Positions 29,118 to 39,465 of a DNA stretch of 64,000 nucleotides are shown here, piece by piece. A program made the position numbers and the translations under genes. The first letter of the stretch is position 1, and each line of letters begins with the position of its first letter. Under the pieces are notes generated by a model. The model made no database searches. It was given only the letters and a program-made list of their open reading frames with translations, and had not been told where the DNA came from. Source of the stretch: an uncultured Pseudomonadales bacterium (GTDB taxonomy: Bacteria > Patescibacteriota > Microgenomatia > UBA1400 > PJMF01). The DNA lies in assembly GCA_964455555.1 (NCBI GenBank), contig CAYVXV010000001.1, positions 31,499 to 95,498 on the forward strand, written 5' to 3'.

Positions 29118-31090
29118 TCTCCTACCCCATCCGCAGGAGCGTCTGCTACTTCACCATTTATCCAGTCAAGAATTTTTTTAACAACCGGCGCCGCGTCCCG
29201 AGATCCTTCTTTATATGGGTTGGCCTCGTCGCTCTCAACCAAGGCAACAAGCACTAGTTCTCTTAAAAAACCATGCTCAGCCACTTGGGCCAACCATTCA
29301 CCTCTCAGCTCTCGAAGGTCTCTAGACAAGGATGAATCTCCCGGAGCCGCCTTAGGCTGTTCGAGTGTGACTTGATCCATAAGCTCGCCTACAGCTTCAT
29401 CTTCAGCTGGGGAGGTGTCTGTATTGCCGGGTTGTCTGCCCAAATTTAGCGAAGCAGCTTCTGCCTTAAGCTTCTCTGTTTGAATGCCGGTAATAGCTAC
29501 AAACCAACCGTGAGTGTTGCGGTAGCCTCGGCTGTCAGCACCACCAAACTCAGAAGTTCCGGTTTTACAAGCTACTGCCCCATTTTGAATTTCTTCCTGG
29601 GCACTTTTATCCGGCCGCCGCTTTTGCTCGTTGTACATAAAGAAAGGAAAACCTGTTCCTCCGGATGTACAAGCATCCAACATGCCTTTGAGGACTAACT
29701 CGACATGCTCACTGTTAAGGCCAATTTCAGAGCAGTGCCGCTGATCATTTTCTGACAAGAGCGGGTCATAATCCACTAATGTGGGGGGACAGAGTGTGCC
29801 TTTTTTCGCCATTGCTTGAATCACTTGAGCCATCTGAACCGGGCTTACCAACAAATTTCCCTGGCCAATTCCCAAGTGATAAGTATTGCCCAGGAACCAT
29901 TTTTCCCCGAGCTCCAGTTCCTTCCAAGCAGGATCAGGCACCAAGCCGCTGATCTCTGAACCCAGTTCGATACCGGTCTGTTTTCCTAAGCCAAAGAGAC
30001 GCGACATTTGAGCAACGCTGGTTGGCCCCGTCCACTCTGCTGCCTTATAAAAAAAAATATCATTACTTCTGGCAATGGCCCGCTGCAGCGAAATCGCACC
30101 CTCAACTCCCCCATATTGCGTGTAATACCAGTTGGCATAGGAGTACTCTCCAACTTTCAGCACTCCCTCATCCACTACTGTTTTGCCGGCATCAATTGCG
30201 CCTGAATCCAATCCTGCCAGAGCTGTGATAAGTTTAAAAACAGAACCAGGTGGATAAGCACCGCTAACTGCCCTGTTAAAAAATAGTTTTTGGGGATGAG
30301 TGAAAAAATCCATCACTTCCTGGCGCCGCTGTCGCTCAGCCTCCTCATCCAGATAAGAAGTACTCAAAATGCTAGCATCAAAAGTTGGAGAACTGACTAG
30401 ACTAAGAACCTCACCAGTGTCAGCATCCATAACCACTACCGCGCCGCGCTGACCATCCATCGCCCGCAATGCAACTTCAGAAATATAGGGATCAATCGTA
30501 GTTTTAATATCGATGCCGGTCTGGCCAGCGCGCTCCGCGACTTGCCGTTGCCGCTGGCCTAAAGCATTGACCTCATAAATTTTTGCCTCAGCCGCACCCC
30601 TAAGGATTTCATCGTAGCGCTTTTCCAAACCAAGTTTGCCGGTTAAATCACCAATCCTTAGGCGGTTGTCCTTCTCCAATTCTTCCAAGCTAGCCTCACC
30701 AATATAGCCGGTGATATGTGCCAGTGATTTTGGGTATCGGTACAAGCGGTCAAGGTCATATTGGATAACCCCGCTTGAAGTAGCCATGCGGTATAGCGCA
30801 GCCTCCTGCGAAATAGGCTCTTTTGAGCTATAGAGTGCCTCTGGATTTAAAAGCTCAAAATATTTTGGTTGGTTATAGACCAAAGGATCTCCATAACGGT
30901 CAAGCAGCACACCCCTTTCTACCGGCTTTCTTTCAGTAAACAAACGATTGGCTTCAGCCAATTGCCGGTAAAAATTCCCTCTCAATACCTGCAAATCTGC
31001 CAGTCTCCACACCAGCAAAGAAAAAAAGAGCAGACCTGACCCTAGAAATAAAGTCAGTTTAAAAATTGTTTGGTTACGATCGGTACTCAT
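29114..31090 (-). CDS. mrdA: Penicillin-binding protein 2 (class B transpeptidase)
   Basis: RG..LDR, GKLGLE, PGSVFK (SxxK), SND and KTGT; follows mreBCD. Start placed at ATG 31090. Confidence 0.88.
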   Translation of the reverse strand: MSTDRNQTIFKLTLFLGSGLLFFSLLVWRLADLQVLRGNFYRQLAEANRLFTERKPVERGVLLDRYGDPLVYNQPKYFELLNPEALYSSKEPISQEAALYRMATSSGVIQYDLDRLYRYPKSLAHITGYIGEASLEELEKDNRLRIGDLTGKLGLEKRYDEILRGAAEAKIYEVNALGQRQRQVAERAGQTGIDIKTTIDPYISEVALRAMDGQRGAVVVMDADTGEVLSLVSSPTFDASILSTSYLDEEAERQRRQEVMDFFTHPQKLFFNRAVSGAYPPGSVFKLITALAGLDSGAIDAGKTVVDEGVLKVGEYSYANWYYTQYGGVEGAISLQRAIARSNDIFFYKAAEWTGPTSVAQMSRLFGLGKQTGIELGSEISGLVPDPAWKELELGEKWFLGNTYHLGIGQGNLLVSPVQMAQVIQAMAKKGTLCPPTLVDYDPLLSENDQRHCSEIGLNSEHVELVLKGMLDACTSGGTGFPFFMYNEQKRRPDKSAQEEIQNGAVACKTGTSEFGGADSRGYRNTHGWFVAITGIQTEKLKAEAASLNLGRQPGNTDTSPAEDEAVGELMDQVTLEQPKAAPGDSSLSRDLRELRGEWLAQVAEHGFLRELVLVALVESDEANPYKEGSRDAAPVVKKILDWINGEVADAPADGVGD

Positions 31091-31577
31091 GCCTGCCCAA
31101 CTGCAATAAGGTATGTCTTTTGAAAAGCAGCGGCACACCAAAAACTCTCCAAAAGATTAGCACGCTCATGGCAGTCCCAATTATTAGGTAATATTTATCG
31201 ATATCTCCAAAAGCTACAGGGGAAAAAAGCACAGTCGCTGCAGCCAGCAGCATTACTCCTGCTAATATCACAGCCAAACTCTTTTCTGCCGTCCGCAAAT
31301 TTTTTCTTAGGTATACCGTTACAGCCAAGAGGCTGATAAAAGTTAGTACGATATATAAATTAAATAAAGTTCCCAATAGTAAGCTGAAAAACAGTAAAAT
31401 CGGCACAAACTCAATTATGGCTGTTTCCTTTTTTCTGGAGACTATCATTAAGAACAGAAAAGAAAAAGATAGTACTGGCCAGCCCACCACTGATTCCAGA
31501 GAAAGCAGCAACACCAAAAATAAAGCCTGGACTGTAAAAGCTAAAAATAATCTAAGCATAGTTCCACTCCCTACCAC
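31074..31577 (-). CDS. Polytopic membrane protein, MreD-like by position
   Basis: Five hydrophobic segments; lies between mreC and PBP2. Confidence 0.55.
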   Translation of the reverse strand: MVGSGTMLRLFLAFTVQALFLVLLLSLESVVGWPVLSFSFLFLMIVSRKKETAIIEFVPILLFFSLLLGTLFNLYIVLTFISLLAVTVYLRKNLRTAEKSLAVILAGVMLLAAATVLFSPVAFGDIDKYYLIIGTAMSVLIFWRVFGVPLLFKRHTLLQLGRHEYRS

Positions 31578-32353
31578 ACCTCTACAATTGGTGCCTCGTA
31601 AAAAGATACGAGCTGTTCGACGACTGCAGTTTGAGTTGGCGCGGAAGCCCTGGTGTCAATCCTGCTGATTGTGCCGATAAAAACCTGGCGTCTTATTCCC
31701 TGCTGTCCCAAAGTGACTACCTTTTCTCCGACAGTTAAAGCAGCTTCCCTAGGTACTTCTGTTAACAATGTCCGCTTGCCATCTCCGCGGATTAATCCCT
31801 GCACCCCAGAATCAGTTGTTGCCAAAACCGGCACACTGTCTCTGCTTACCAATAAAGAAACCCGTGATTGGTGAGGTGATACCTCCCTCACAACACCCAA
31901 GAGAGTGTCTTGGTAGGTCACCATTGAACCTTCTATAATCCCCTCTTCTTCTCCTGCAGATACTGCCGGATAGGAAAGCGAAACAACCGGGGCGGCGACA
32001 CGCCTCTCACCCAAGGTGCGGTTGGTATTTTCCAACAGCGCCCGGAGCGCCTCATTTTCTTTTCTCAGATATTGGAGCTCAGATAATTCAGATAAGGCCA
32101 AAGTGTACCTTTTTTCCAGTTCAACCTGATGTTCTGCGCGCTCAAAACTCCTGGAAAATGCCCTGGCCGGCCTCTGGACAAGCCTGACAGCCTCCACCTC
32201 AAATGCCAGAAGCGGCTGCAGTTGTTTTTCAACTGCAGCCCGGAGAGGATTAAACCAGCCGACATATTCCATTAATCCCAGGAAAACTATCAAGGCAAAA
32301 AGAATGACCCCATCCCGGCGGGCAGAACTTTGATTGAAACCTGTAACTTGCAC
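31571..32353 (-). CDS. mreC: Rod shape-determining protein MreC
   Basis: TM, coiled coil LRKENEALRALL, G...GI..G..V and VGEKVVTLG. Confidence 0.85.
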   Translation of the reverse strand: MQVTGFNQSSARRDGVILFALIVFLGLMEYVGWFNPLRAAVEKQLQPLLAFEVEAVRLVQRPARAFSRSFERAEHQVELEKRYTLALSELSELQYLRKENEALRALLENTNRTLGERRVAAPVVSLSYPAVSAGEEEGIIEGSMVTYQDTLLGVVREVSPHQSRVSLLVSRDSVPVLATTDSGVQGLIRGDGKRTLLTEVPREAALTVGEKVVTLGQQGIRRQVFIGTISRIDTRASAPTQTAVVEQLVSFYEAPIVEVW

Positions 32354-32364
32354 TAGCCTCTCCT

Positions 32365-33438
32365 TTAAGCCGCGCTGGCTTTGGCATACTTTTGCATACC
32401 CTGAATGACATCTAAATCAGGTTGAGGTGAATAATGGACTGCGCTTTTTAATTTTGTGGCCAAATATTCACCAAGGCCATCTAGCTTACTTGTACCGCCG
32501 GTAAGATACAACCCCTGCTCAAGGGTACTAGTCACTAATTCCGAAGGCAAACCGGCAAAAAACGCCTCAAGCTGGTCAGTTAGCTCCTGAGCCAAGCTCT
32601 CGAAACCGACAACCAACACTTGATCAGTCACGATTTCAGTTTGTGATACCTGAGTTAACAAGTTTTTTCCCCTGACTGAGGTTTTACGCGCCTTGTTCTT
32701 ATGATCATTGTTCTGCAACGTACCCAGGTCTATTTTCACTTGCTCGGCAGCATGCCAACCAATACTGCATGAATAAGCCTCTCTGAGAGCTTCCTGCACC
32801 AATGAGGTAAACTCGACTCCACCCCATTTAAAAGATGAGCCTGAAACCAACTCTCCAGCAGAAAATATCCCTATCTCGGCTGTCTGGCCGCCTAAATTTA
32901 AAATTCCATAACTTTGGGTGGGAGAACTTTCTGACACAAGATTATGATAAGCACACTCGATCCCGGTTGCTAATTTTAAGCCGCTAAGCCCAACAGCCTG
33001 CAGCACTTCCCTCAGTGTCTGTTGCTCTACCGGTGAGGCTCCAGCAGGAATTGAAATATACCCCTTTAGACCAACTAGGTTTTTGACCGGTGAAACCGAA
33101 GGTGACGCCCGTTTGAGCAGTGTTTTTAAAAAGATTTCAAATGCTGTCGGCTCCGCTACTACACCATGCTCAATGGGAAAGCTGACGCCGATGTTATCCG
33201 CCGTCTTGCCCAACAAACCGGCAGCCTTTTTGCCTACTGCTACAACTGAATCTGTAGCCTGGTGAATGGCGATGCAGGTCGGCTCTACGAAAATCTGCCT
33301 GCTGCCGACGAACACCCTAGTGTTGCTTGAGCCTGCATCAATAAATAAAAGATCTTCAACCTGATATTTGTCAAAAAAATTTCCAGACAACCACTGGGGC
33401 ATTCTAATCATGCGCTCAGTATAGCGCATCACTCTCAA
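32365..33438 (-). CDS. mreB: MreB-like actin-fold protein (divergent)
   Basis: IDAGSSNT, EPTCIA, PIEHGVV, AEQVKI and LTGG; directly upstream of mreC. Exact start uncertain. Confidence 0.78.
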   Translation of the reverse strand: MRVMRYTERMIRMPQWLSGNFFDKYQVEDLLFIDAGSSNTRVFVGSRQIFVEPTCIAIHQATDSVVAVGKKAAGLLGKTADNIGVSFPIEHGVVAEPTAFEIFLKTLLKRASPSVSPVKNLVGLKGYISIPAGASPVEQQTLREVLQAVGLSGLKLATGIECAYHNLVSESSPTQSYGILNLGGQTAEIGIFSAGELVSGSSFKWGGVEFTSLVQEALREAYSCSIGWHAAEQVKIDLGTLQNNDHKNKARKTSVRGKNLLTQVSQTEIVTDQVLVVGFESLAQELTDQLEAFFAGLPSELVTSTLEQGLYLTGGTSKLDGLGEYLATKLKSAVHYSPQPDLDVIQGMQKYAKASAA

Positions 33439-33510
33439 GAGCTGTAGAGGTAGGGAAATTTATCAACAAAAAACCACAACAGCCAAAAACAAAGCCTGAA
33501 GCAGTTGGCC

Positions 33511-34035
33511 TTATTCTATTTCATTGAGCAGGCTGGCTGAGGAATGCCAGCGCTCCTGCATTAAGAGTTCTTCTGCCCGCTGAAGTTTCTGAAGTTGTTC
33601 ATCCTTGCCGCTGAAAAATTCCTTCATGCCGGCAATTCTTTCCCTAAAGAGATCTGCTTTTAGCTCTAACGCTTTCTCCAGCATAATCTCTTCAAGTTCT
33701 GGGATCAATTTTTCTAGATAGACTACTAATTCCTCCTGTTGTTCCAGGCTGCTGCCCTGCTGCTTATCGAGCAGTTTCTGAAATTCTCCATATTCATCCT
33801 GAGTTAGCAGTAACTTGACATCATATTCAAGAAAATCTTCCCAAATTACCTGCTGAAGCTCATCGAGAAATTCTTCACGTTGAGGGTCGGTGCCATCAGT
33901 GACGCCAAGTAGGTAAAAAACATTTTGATCCTCAAGTTTTTCGGATTGCTGAGTGGGTTGAGCTGCCCCGGGTGTTTCCAGTATGGCAGCATTTTGGTCA
34001 TGAGAAGGTTGGGGTTGGGCAGTTTGGGTATTCAT
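33511..34035 (-). CDS. Hypothetical acidic helical protein
   Basis: Glu/Leu-rich ORF; start moved to ATG 34035, downstream of GAGGA. Confidence 0.65.
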   Translation of the reverse strand: MNTQTAQPQPSHDQNAAILETPGAAQPTQQSEKLEDQNVFYLLGVTDGTDPQREEFLDELQQVIWEDFLEYDVKLLLTQDEYGEFQKLLDKQQGSSLEQQEELVVYLEKLIPELEEIMLEKALELKADLFRERIAGMKEFFSGKDEQLQKLQRAEELLMQERWHSSASLLNEIE

Positions 34036-34160
34036 GATTATTTCCTCATTTATAAGTATATACATTTTAAATTTATATAGCAAAAGTGGTTTGCCTAACT
34101 TCTTTAGTTTTCATAAAATTCAACTCGAATAGGCATTCCTATTCGAGTATACTCAACCAT

Positions 34161-36326
34161 ATGGAAGCTAGATTTGGACCACGGCAGATTATCCTGGTGC
34201 TATACCATTTTTTAGTGCTGTCTGCTCCGCTTTTCTTCTATTTTCAAACTGAAGAACTCTTTGAGTTTAATAAAATAATCCTAGTTTATGCTCTGACCAT
34301 TTTGATTAGCGGCGCTTGGCTCTGGCGGATGATTGTGCAGAAACGCCTGATTTTTCAAAGAACTTTCTTGGACATCCCGCTTGCCCTGTTTTTCATTTCA
34401 CAATTGGCAGCCACATTACTCTCAATGCATCCAAGAACCTCTTTCTTGGGCTATTACACCCGGTTCCACGGTGGGCTGCTCTCGATGATTGCATACTATG
34501 TCCTCTACTATGCATTTGTCAGTAACTTTAGAAAAAAAGATATCCGCCCGTTGTTTTTGTCAGTGTTCGGTTCAGCCCTTTTAGTTTCGATCTATGGAAT
34601 TCTTGAGCATTTCGGCCGTTCTTTCAGCTGTTATCTGATAACCGGCGGCCAATCTTTTGGTGTCGATTGCTGGGTGCAAAAGGTTCAGGAAAGAGTTTTT
34701 GCAACCTTTGGCCAGCCCAACTGGCTGGCAGCTTATGCCATCATGCTTATACCCCCAGGCATGGCACTGAGCGCTGACAATAAATCTTCGCTGCTCAAAA
34801 GAAGTTTTTTTGCCCTAACCACTGTTCTGTTGTTTGCCACACTGCTTTTTACCAGGTCGAGGTCGGGCATGCTGGGAATTGCCGGAGGTTTATTGATCTT
34901 TTATGCCGGCTTATTTTTAATTCCCTGGATTAACAAACATAAACAAACTTTCGGAAACAAACTGCTGAAAACCGGCCTGCTTAAGTGGTCAATCGGTTTC
35001 ACGGCCGTATTTTTGCTGCTGGCTTTGGTTTTTGGCACACCCTATTCTCCTAAATTGACAGAGATTGGCAGCAGCAATGGCCAAGAGGAACCAGCCAACC
35101 AAGCCGAGCAGCCTGCGGTAAACCGCCTGGACATTGGCGGTACTGACTCTGGTGAAATCAGAAAAATTGTCTGGGAGGGCGCCCTGGGTGTCTGGAAACG
35201 GTATCCTTTGACCGGCTCCGGGGTTGAGACTTTTGCCTACAGCTACTACTTAGACCGTCCGGCCGAACACAACCTGGTTTCTGAATGGGATTTTCTATAC
35301 AACAAAGCACATAATGAGTTTCTCAATTACCTGGCTACAACCGGTGCGTTCGGCCTCTTTGCCTACACTTTTCTCCTTATCTCATTTGGGGCTGGCTTAC
35401 TAACCGCCCTCAAAAAATTGAGGGGGGATGAGCGGTCGCAATATTTGTTAATCAGCCTTCTGGCAAGTGTTGCAGCCTTGTCGATCTCAAATTTCTTTGG
35501 TTTTTCAACTGTGGTGGTCACTGCTCTAATGTTCCTCTTTTTGGCCATGACAGCCAAAGAAAAACTCCCTGACGACGCCCTTTCGGAAAAAGCCATTCCT
35601 AAAAAACAAGAGCTGCAAAGTTGGCAGTATGGGGCACTGACTGTCATTACATTAGTAGTACTGATGCTGCTTTCCCAAACTTACCGGTATTGGTCTGCTG
35701 ACATAGCATACAGCTACGGCAAAGGTCTGATGGCGGCCGGCAGGCCTCAGGAAGGCATTCTCTATTTCTCTCAAGCGATAGATCTATCGCCCAATGAAGC
35801 ACTTTTTTATGATGAGTTAGCCAGCAACTATGCCTCATTGTCGGTTGCTTTGGCTCAACAGGAAAACACTACTGCTGCGGCTGAACTCGCGGCATCTGCC
35901 ATAGAACTGAGCAACAAAACCCTAGAGCTTAACTCCTCCCACCTAAATTTCTATAAAACCAGGGCAAGAATGTTCATCACCCTCTCGCAGTTAAACGACG
36001 CCTTCTTAAAGGAAGCACGGGACACTCTGCTGGTGGCCTTGAGCAAAGCCCCCACTGACGCAAAACTTTGGTACAACATTGGTGTTGTAGAACTAAGTCA
36101 GGGCTATACCGACAAGGGCATCGAGCACCTTGAAAAAGCTGTTGATCTTAAGCCTGATTATGAATCCGCCCGCATGCAACTGGCAGCTCAATATCAGCTT
36201 AAAGAGAATTTTGAAAAAGCAGAAGAGCAATACCGATATATCCTTGAGGAAATTAATCCTCAGAGTACTGAGGCTATTGAAAATCTTGAAGCAATAAGGG
36301 CTTTGAATGCCGATACAACTCGTTAA
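34161..36326 (+). CDS. O-antigen ligase/oligosaccharyltransferase (Wzy_C) membrane protein with C-terminal TPRs
   Basis: ATFGQPNWLA, TRSRSG, R..VW, PLTGSG.ETF, AHNEFL and a TPR tail. Start moved to ATG 34161. Confidence 0.85.
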   Translation: MEARFGPRQIILVLYHFLVLSAPLFFYFQTEELFEFNKIILVYALTILISGAWLWRMIVQKRLIFQRTFLDIPLALFFISQLAATLLSMHPRTSFLGYYTRFHGGLLSMIAYYVLYYAFVSNFRKKDIRPLFLSVFGSALLVSIYGILEHFGRSFSCYLITGGQSFGVDCWVQKVQERVFATFGQPNWLAAYAIMLIPPGMALSADNKSSLLKRSFFALTTVLLFATLLFTRSRSGMLGIAGGLLIFYAGLFLIPWINKHKQTFGNKLLKTGLLKWSIGFTAVFLLLALVFGTPYSPKLTEIGSSNGQEEPANQAEQPAVNRLDIGGTDSGEIRKIVWEGALGVWKRYPLTGSGVETFAYSYYLDRPAEHNLVSEWDFLYNKAHNEFLNYLATTGAFGLFAYTFLLISFGAGLLTALKKLRGDERSQYLLISLLASVAALSISNFFGFSTVVVTALMFLFLAMTAKEKLPDDALSEKAIPKKQELQSWQYGALTVITLVVLMLLSQTYRYWSADIAYSYGKGLMAAGRPQEGILYFSQAIDLSPNEALFYDELASNYASLSVALAQQENTTAAAELAASAIELSNKTLELNSSHLNFYKTRARMFITLSQLNDAFLKEARDTLLVALSKAPTDAKLWYNIGVVELSQGYTDKGIEHLEKAVDLKPDYESARMQLAAQYQLKENFEKAEEQYRYILEEINPQSTEAIENLEAIRALNADTTR

Positions 36327-36840
36327 ACCCCATCCGCGCTATGAAACAAGCTTTCTGGAAGCTTTGGAGGAAACGGAGAGACTTGAACCAGAGCGGATTT
36401 ACATGTTTGTAAAACAGCATGAGGAAACCGCTAAAGTTAGGGCTGATTTTCCCGCTTACGTTAAAAAAATCCTATGTTTTTCCAGGGGTCAAAACCTTCC
36501 GCCCGGCTATGTTCCCAGTTCAATTTTTTGGCTAGTAGACGGTCAAGAATTTATTGGCCAAACGTCAATCCGCCATACCCTGAATGATTTTTTGTTTAGT
36601 TTTGGCGGACATATCGGTTACTTTATCAGGCCCACCAGAAGGTTTCAGGGCTACGGCTCAATAATCTTGTCACTCGCACTTGAAGAGGCGAAAAAACTAG
36701 GCATCAACCCTGTGCTGGTTACCTGTGATGCCGACAATGCAGGCTCCAAGAAAATTATTGAAAAAAACGGAAGCATATTTGAAAATGCCCTCCGTCAGGA
36801 AAACCTTCCCGAGAAGCTTAGATACTGGTTTCACATTTAG
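36307..36840 (+). CDS. GNAT family N-acetyltransferase
   Basis: GGHIGYFIRPTRRFQGYG and VTCDADNAGSKKIIEKNG. Confidence 0.88.
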   Translation: MPIQLVKPHPRYETSFLEALEETERLEPERIYMFVKQHEETAKVRADFPAYVKKILCFSRGQNLPPGYVPSSIFWLVDGQEFIGQTSIRHTLNDFLFSFGGHIGYFIRPTRRFQGYGSIILSLALEEAKKLGINPVLVTCDADNAGSKKIIEKNGSIFENALRQENLPEKLRYWFHI

Positions 36841-36890
36841 TTTCATTTGCAGGCAGGCAGCTGTCCAGAAAGCGGTATAATACACAGGTT

Positions 36891-37436
36891 ATGGAAATAA
36901 TTGAAATTCCGCATCCCAGCTTAAGAAAGACTTCAAAAGAAGTTTTAAGTGCGGATACAAAACTAGCTAATTTTGTCCGAGAATTGAGTGAAACCTTGGA
37001 AAATAAACGAAATCCCAAAGGTGTTGGTCTGGCTGCACCCCAGGTAAATAAACTTTGGCGGGTTTTTGCCGCACAGGTGGAAGGCCTGGAAATTTTTATC
37101 AATCCAGTAATTACTAATCACTCATCCGGTTACACTTTGGGCCCAGACGAGGAAGACCCAATCCTGGAGGGCTGCTTGTCGATGCCAAAAATTTACGGTG
37201 CTGTCCCCCGCTGGGAATGGGTGCTGGTGGAATATGACGCACTAGTAAACGGCGAGCTGGAAAAGCGCGAGGAGCGGTTTGATGATTTCTATGCCAGGGT
37301 CATTCAGCATGAGATTGACCATCTGGACGGCATCTTATTTACAGATCACTCTCTCAAGTATGACTTGCCGGTTTACCAAGAATACGAAAAAGAAAAATAC
37401 CGCGAGGTCAATAAAGAGTTTTTGGAGATAATTTAA
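36891..37436 (+). CDS. def: Peptide deformylase
   Basis: GVGLAAPQV, EGCLS and QHEIDHLDG. Confidence 0.97.
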   Translation: MEIIEIPHPSLRKTSKEVLSADTKLANFVRELSETLENKRNPKGVGLAAPQVNKLWRVFAAQVEGLEIFINPVITNHSSGYTLGPDEEDPILEGCLSMPKIYGAVPRWEWVLVEYDALVNGELEKREERFDDFYARVIQHEIDHLDGILFTDHSLKYDLPVYQEYEKEKYREVNKEFLEII

Positions 37437-38399
37437 ATGCCATACTCTGTTGTTGCGGCCGGCACCACTCACAACTCGGTCTCAGCGTTCACTGCCCTTC
37501 TGGATGACAGGAGATTTAATCTTGAAGCAGTGATCACACCATCTCCAAAACCAGTCGGGCGCAAACAAATACTCACAAAAAATCCGGCTCACACCTTTGC
37601 TGAAAAGTTGGGGATTCCAGCCGCTCTGGTCAGCAAAAAAATCAGCCTCAGCCTTAAGTCCAGCCTTGATCAACTGCTCAATCAGCCTCCTGACTTTCTC
37701 TTGGTCGTAGATTTTGGCTATATCATTCCGGATTGGCTTCTGGCTCTGCCCAAAGTTGCCCCCATCAACATACATCCTTCAGACCTTCCGAGGTGGCGCG
37801 GCAGCTCCCCAGGACAATTTACCTTGCTTTATGGAGAAACTGAATCAGCAGTCACAATTATCGAAATGAACGAAAAATTGGATCATGGGCCAATTATTGC
37901 CCAAAAAACGTTCGCCGTTGTACCAAATTGGAGCAGCAGCGATTATTACACACATAGTTTTGAGCTGGTGAAGCAGCTTCTGCCCGATAGCTTAGTAGAA
38001 TTGGCAGAAGGAAAAATTAAACCCCAAGCTCAACCAGATGACTCTCCCACTCCCATAGCCGCCAAACTCAAAAAACAAGATGCTTTTATTGAATGGGAGG
38101 CTGTTGAAGCCGCGATGACCGGAGAAACTGTTGGTTCAGCAATCTTTTCATCATCTGTAATCCGGGCAGTATCAGAACAGAAGCAAAACCTGCCAGAGGT
38201 AATAGAAAGTGCTTCCAGAGCTTTTAGCCCGTGGCCACAACTTTGGACACTAGTGCCGACTGCCAGCGGCAAGAAAAGAATGAAAATTATCGAGGCGGCG
38301 GCGGAAGATGGTGTCTTTCAGTTGAAAACTGTTCAAATTGAAGGACAAAACCCGGCGCAGTGGAATCAGGTAAAGAACGGCATTCAGGTAAGAGATTAG
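37437..38399 (+). CDS. fmt: Methionyl-tRNA formyltransferase
   Basis: INIHPSDLPRWRGSSP and LDHGPI; directly after def. Confidence 0.92.
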   Translation: MPYSVVAAGTTHNSVSAFTALLDDRRFNLEAVITPSPKPVGRKQILTKNPAHTFAEKLGIPAALVSKKISLSLKSSLDQLLNQPPDFLLVVDFGYIIPDWLLALPKVAPINIHPSDLPRWRGSSPGQFTLLYGETESAVTIIEMNEKLDHGPIIAQKTFAVVPNWSSSDYYTHSFELVKQLLPDSLVELAEGKIKPQAQPDDSPTPIAAKLKKQDAFIEWEAVEAAMTGETVGSAIFSSSVIRAVSEQKQNLPEVIESASRAFSPWPQLWTLVPTASGKKRMKIIEAAAEDGVFQLKTVQIEGQNPAQWNQVKNGIQVRD

Positions 38400-38444
38400 G
38401 CAAGTAAGAGATTAGTCGAGCAAAGGCTTGGAGCAACCTCCAAA

Positions 38445-38666
38445 TTACTCAGATTTTTGAGTGTTTTGATAGTGAGTGGTCACACCGGCTTTTTTGAGCT
38501 GGCGGAGGACTTTTGTAGGCACTCGCATGCGCTGTTTTACCCCATCAATGACCACCGTCACAGTGTGAAGGTTGTATTTAAAGCTGCGCTTAGTCCGGTT
38601 CTTGGCGTGAGACACCTTGTTGCCGATGTGCGCAGTTCGCGGGTATTTAAATGAATAACTTGCCAT
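38445..38666 (-). CDS. rpmB: 50S ribosomal protein L28
   Basis: GNKVSHAKNRTKRSFKYNL. Confidence 0.93.
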   Translation of the reverse strand: MASYSFKYPRTAHIGNKVSHAKNRTKRSFKYNLHTVTVVIDGVKQRMRVPTKVLRQLKKAGVTTHYQNTQKSE

Positions 38667-38773
38667 AACGAATTGTGATTATAACACCAGCCTCCAGAGA
38701 GAGCAAATGTTAATTGAAAAACCTCAGAAAAAGCAGGTAGGCTGCCTCGCTCTTATTTGCCCAATCAGCTATA

Positions 38774-39424
38774 ATGGCTTCTATGCTACTTAGTTTGCTT
38801 TTTTTAAATCCAACTATTTTTATAATTCTGTCAGGATCACTGTTAATTTCAATTACTATTCATGAGTTCGCCCATGCATGGCTTGCTGACAGACTCGGTG
38901 ACCCCACAGCCAGGTATCAAGGCAGGGTTACTCTTGACCCAAGGTCGCATTTAGACCCTCTGGGGACAATAGCAATTTTGGTTATTGGCTTTGGTTGGGG
39001 CAAACCAGTTCCTTTTGATCCCTACAATTTAAAAAACCCAGTGCGTGATGCTGCTTTGATTGCACTGGCTGGGCCTGCTTCAAATATAATCCTGGCTTTT
39101 GTGATATCCATCTTATTCGGCGCTGCCAATAGCCTTCTCACTCTCCCCGATCTTTCACTTATAGTTGTTCAGACAGTAGTTTTCATAAATGTGATGCTGG
39201 CAATCTTCAACCTCATGCCTGTTTACCCCTTGGATGGCAGTAAAATTGCTTTGGCTCTGCTCCCCCGCCAGCTAGCAGCTGAGTTTGAGTTCTTTATGCA
39301 GCGCTATGGAACACTGGTGCTCATAGCCCTAATTGTGCCTTGGACAGGCGGCCAGTCGCCGGTCTCATTGCTTGTTTTGCCGATCATTCAATTTGTGACA
39401 GGGCTTTTTTCGTTGCTCTGGTAA
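38774..39424 (+). CDS. Site-2 protease (M50 family)
   Basis: HEFAH, LGDPTA, AGPASN and FNLMPVYPLDG. Confidence 0.93.
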   Translation: MASMLLSLLFLNPTIFIILSGSLLISITIHEFAHAWLADRLGDPTARYQGRVTLDPRSHLDPLGTIAILVIGFGWGKPVPFDPYNLKNPVRDAALIALAGPASNIILAFVISILFGAANSLLTLPDLSLIVVQTVVFINVMLAIFNLMPVYPLDGSKIALALLPRQLAAEFEFFMQRYGTLVLIALIVPWTGGQSPVSLLVLPIIQFVTGLFSLLW

Positions 39425-39465
39425 ACTGTTGAGTCCTATTTAAAAATATTGTCTAAAGTCAGAAT

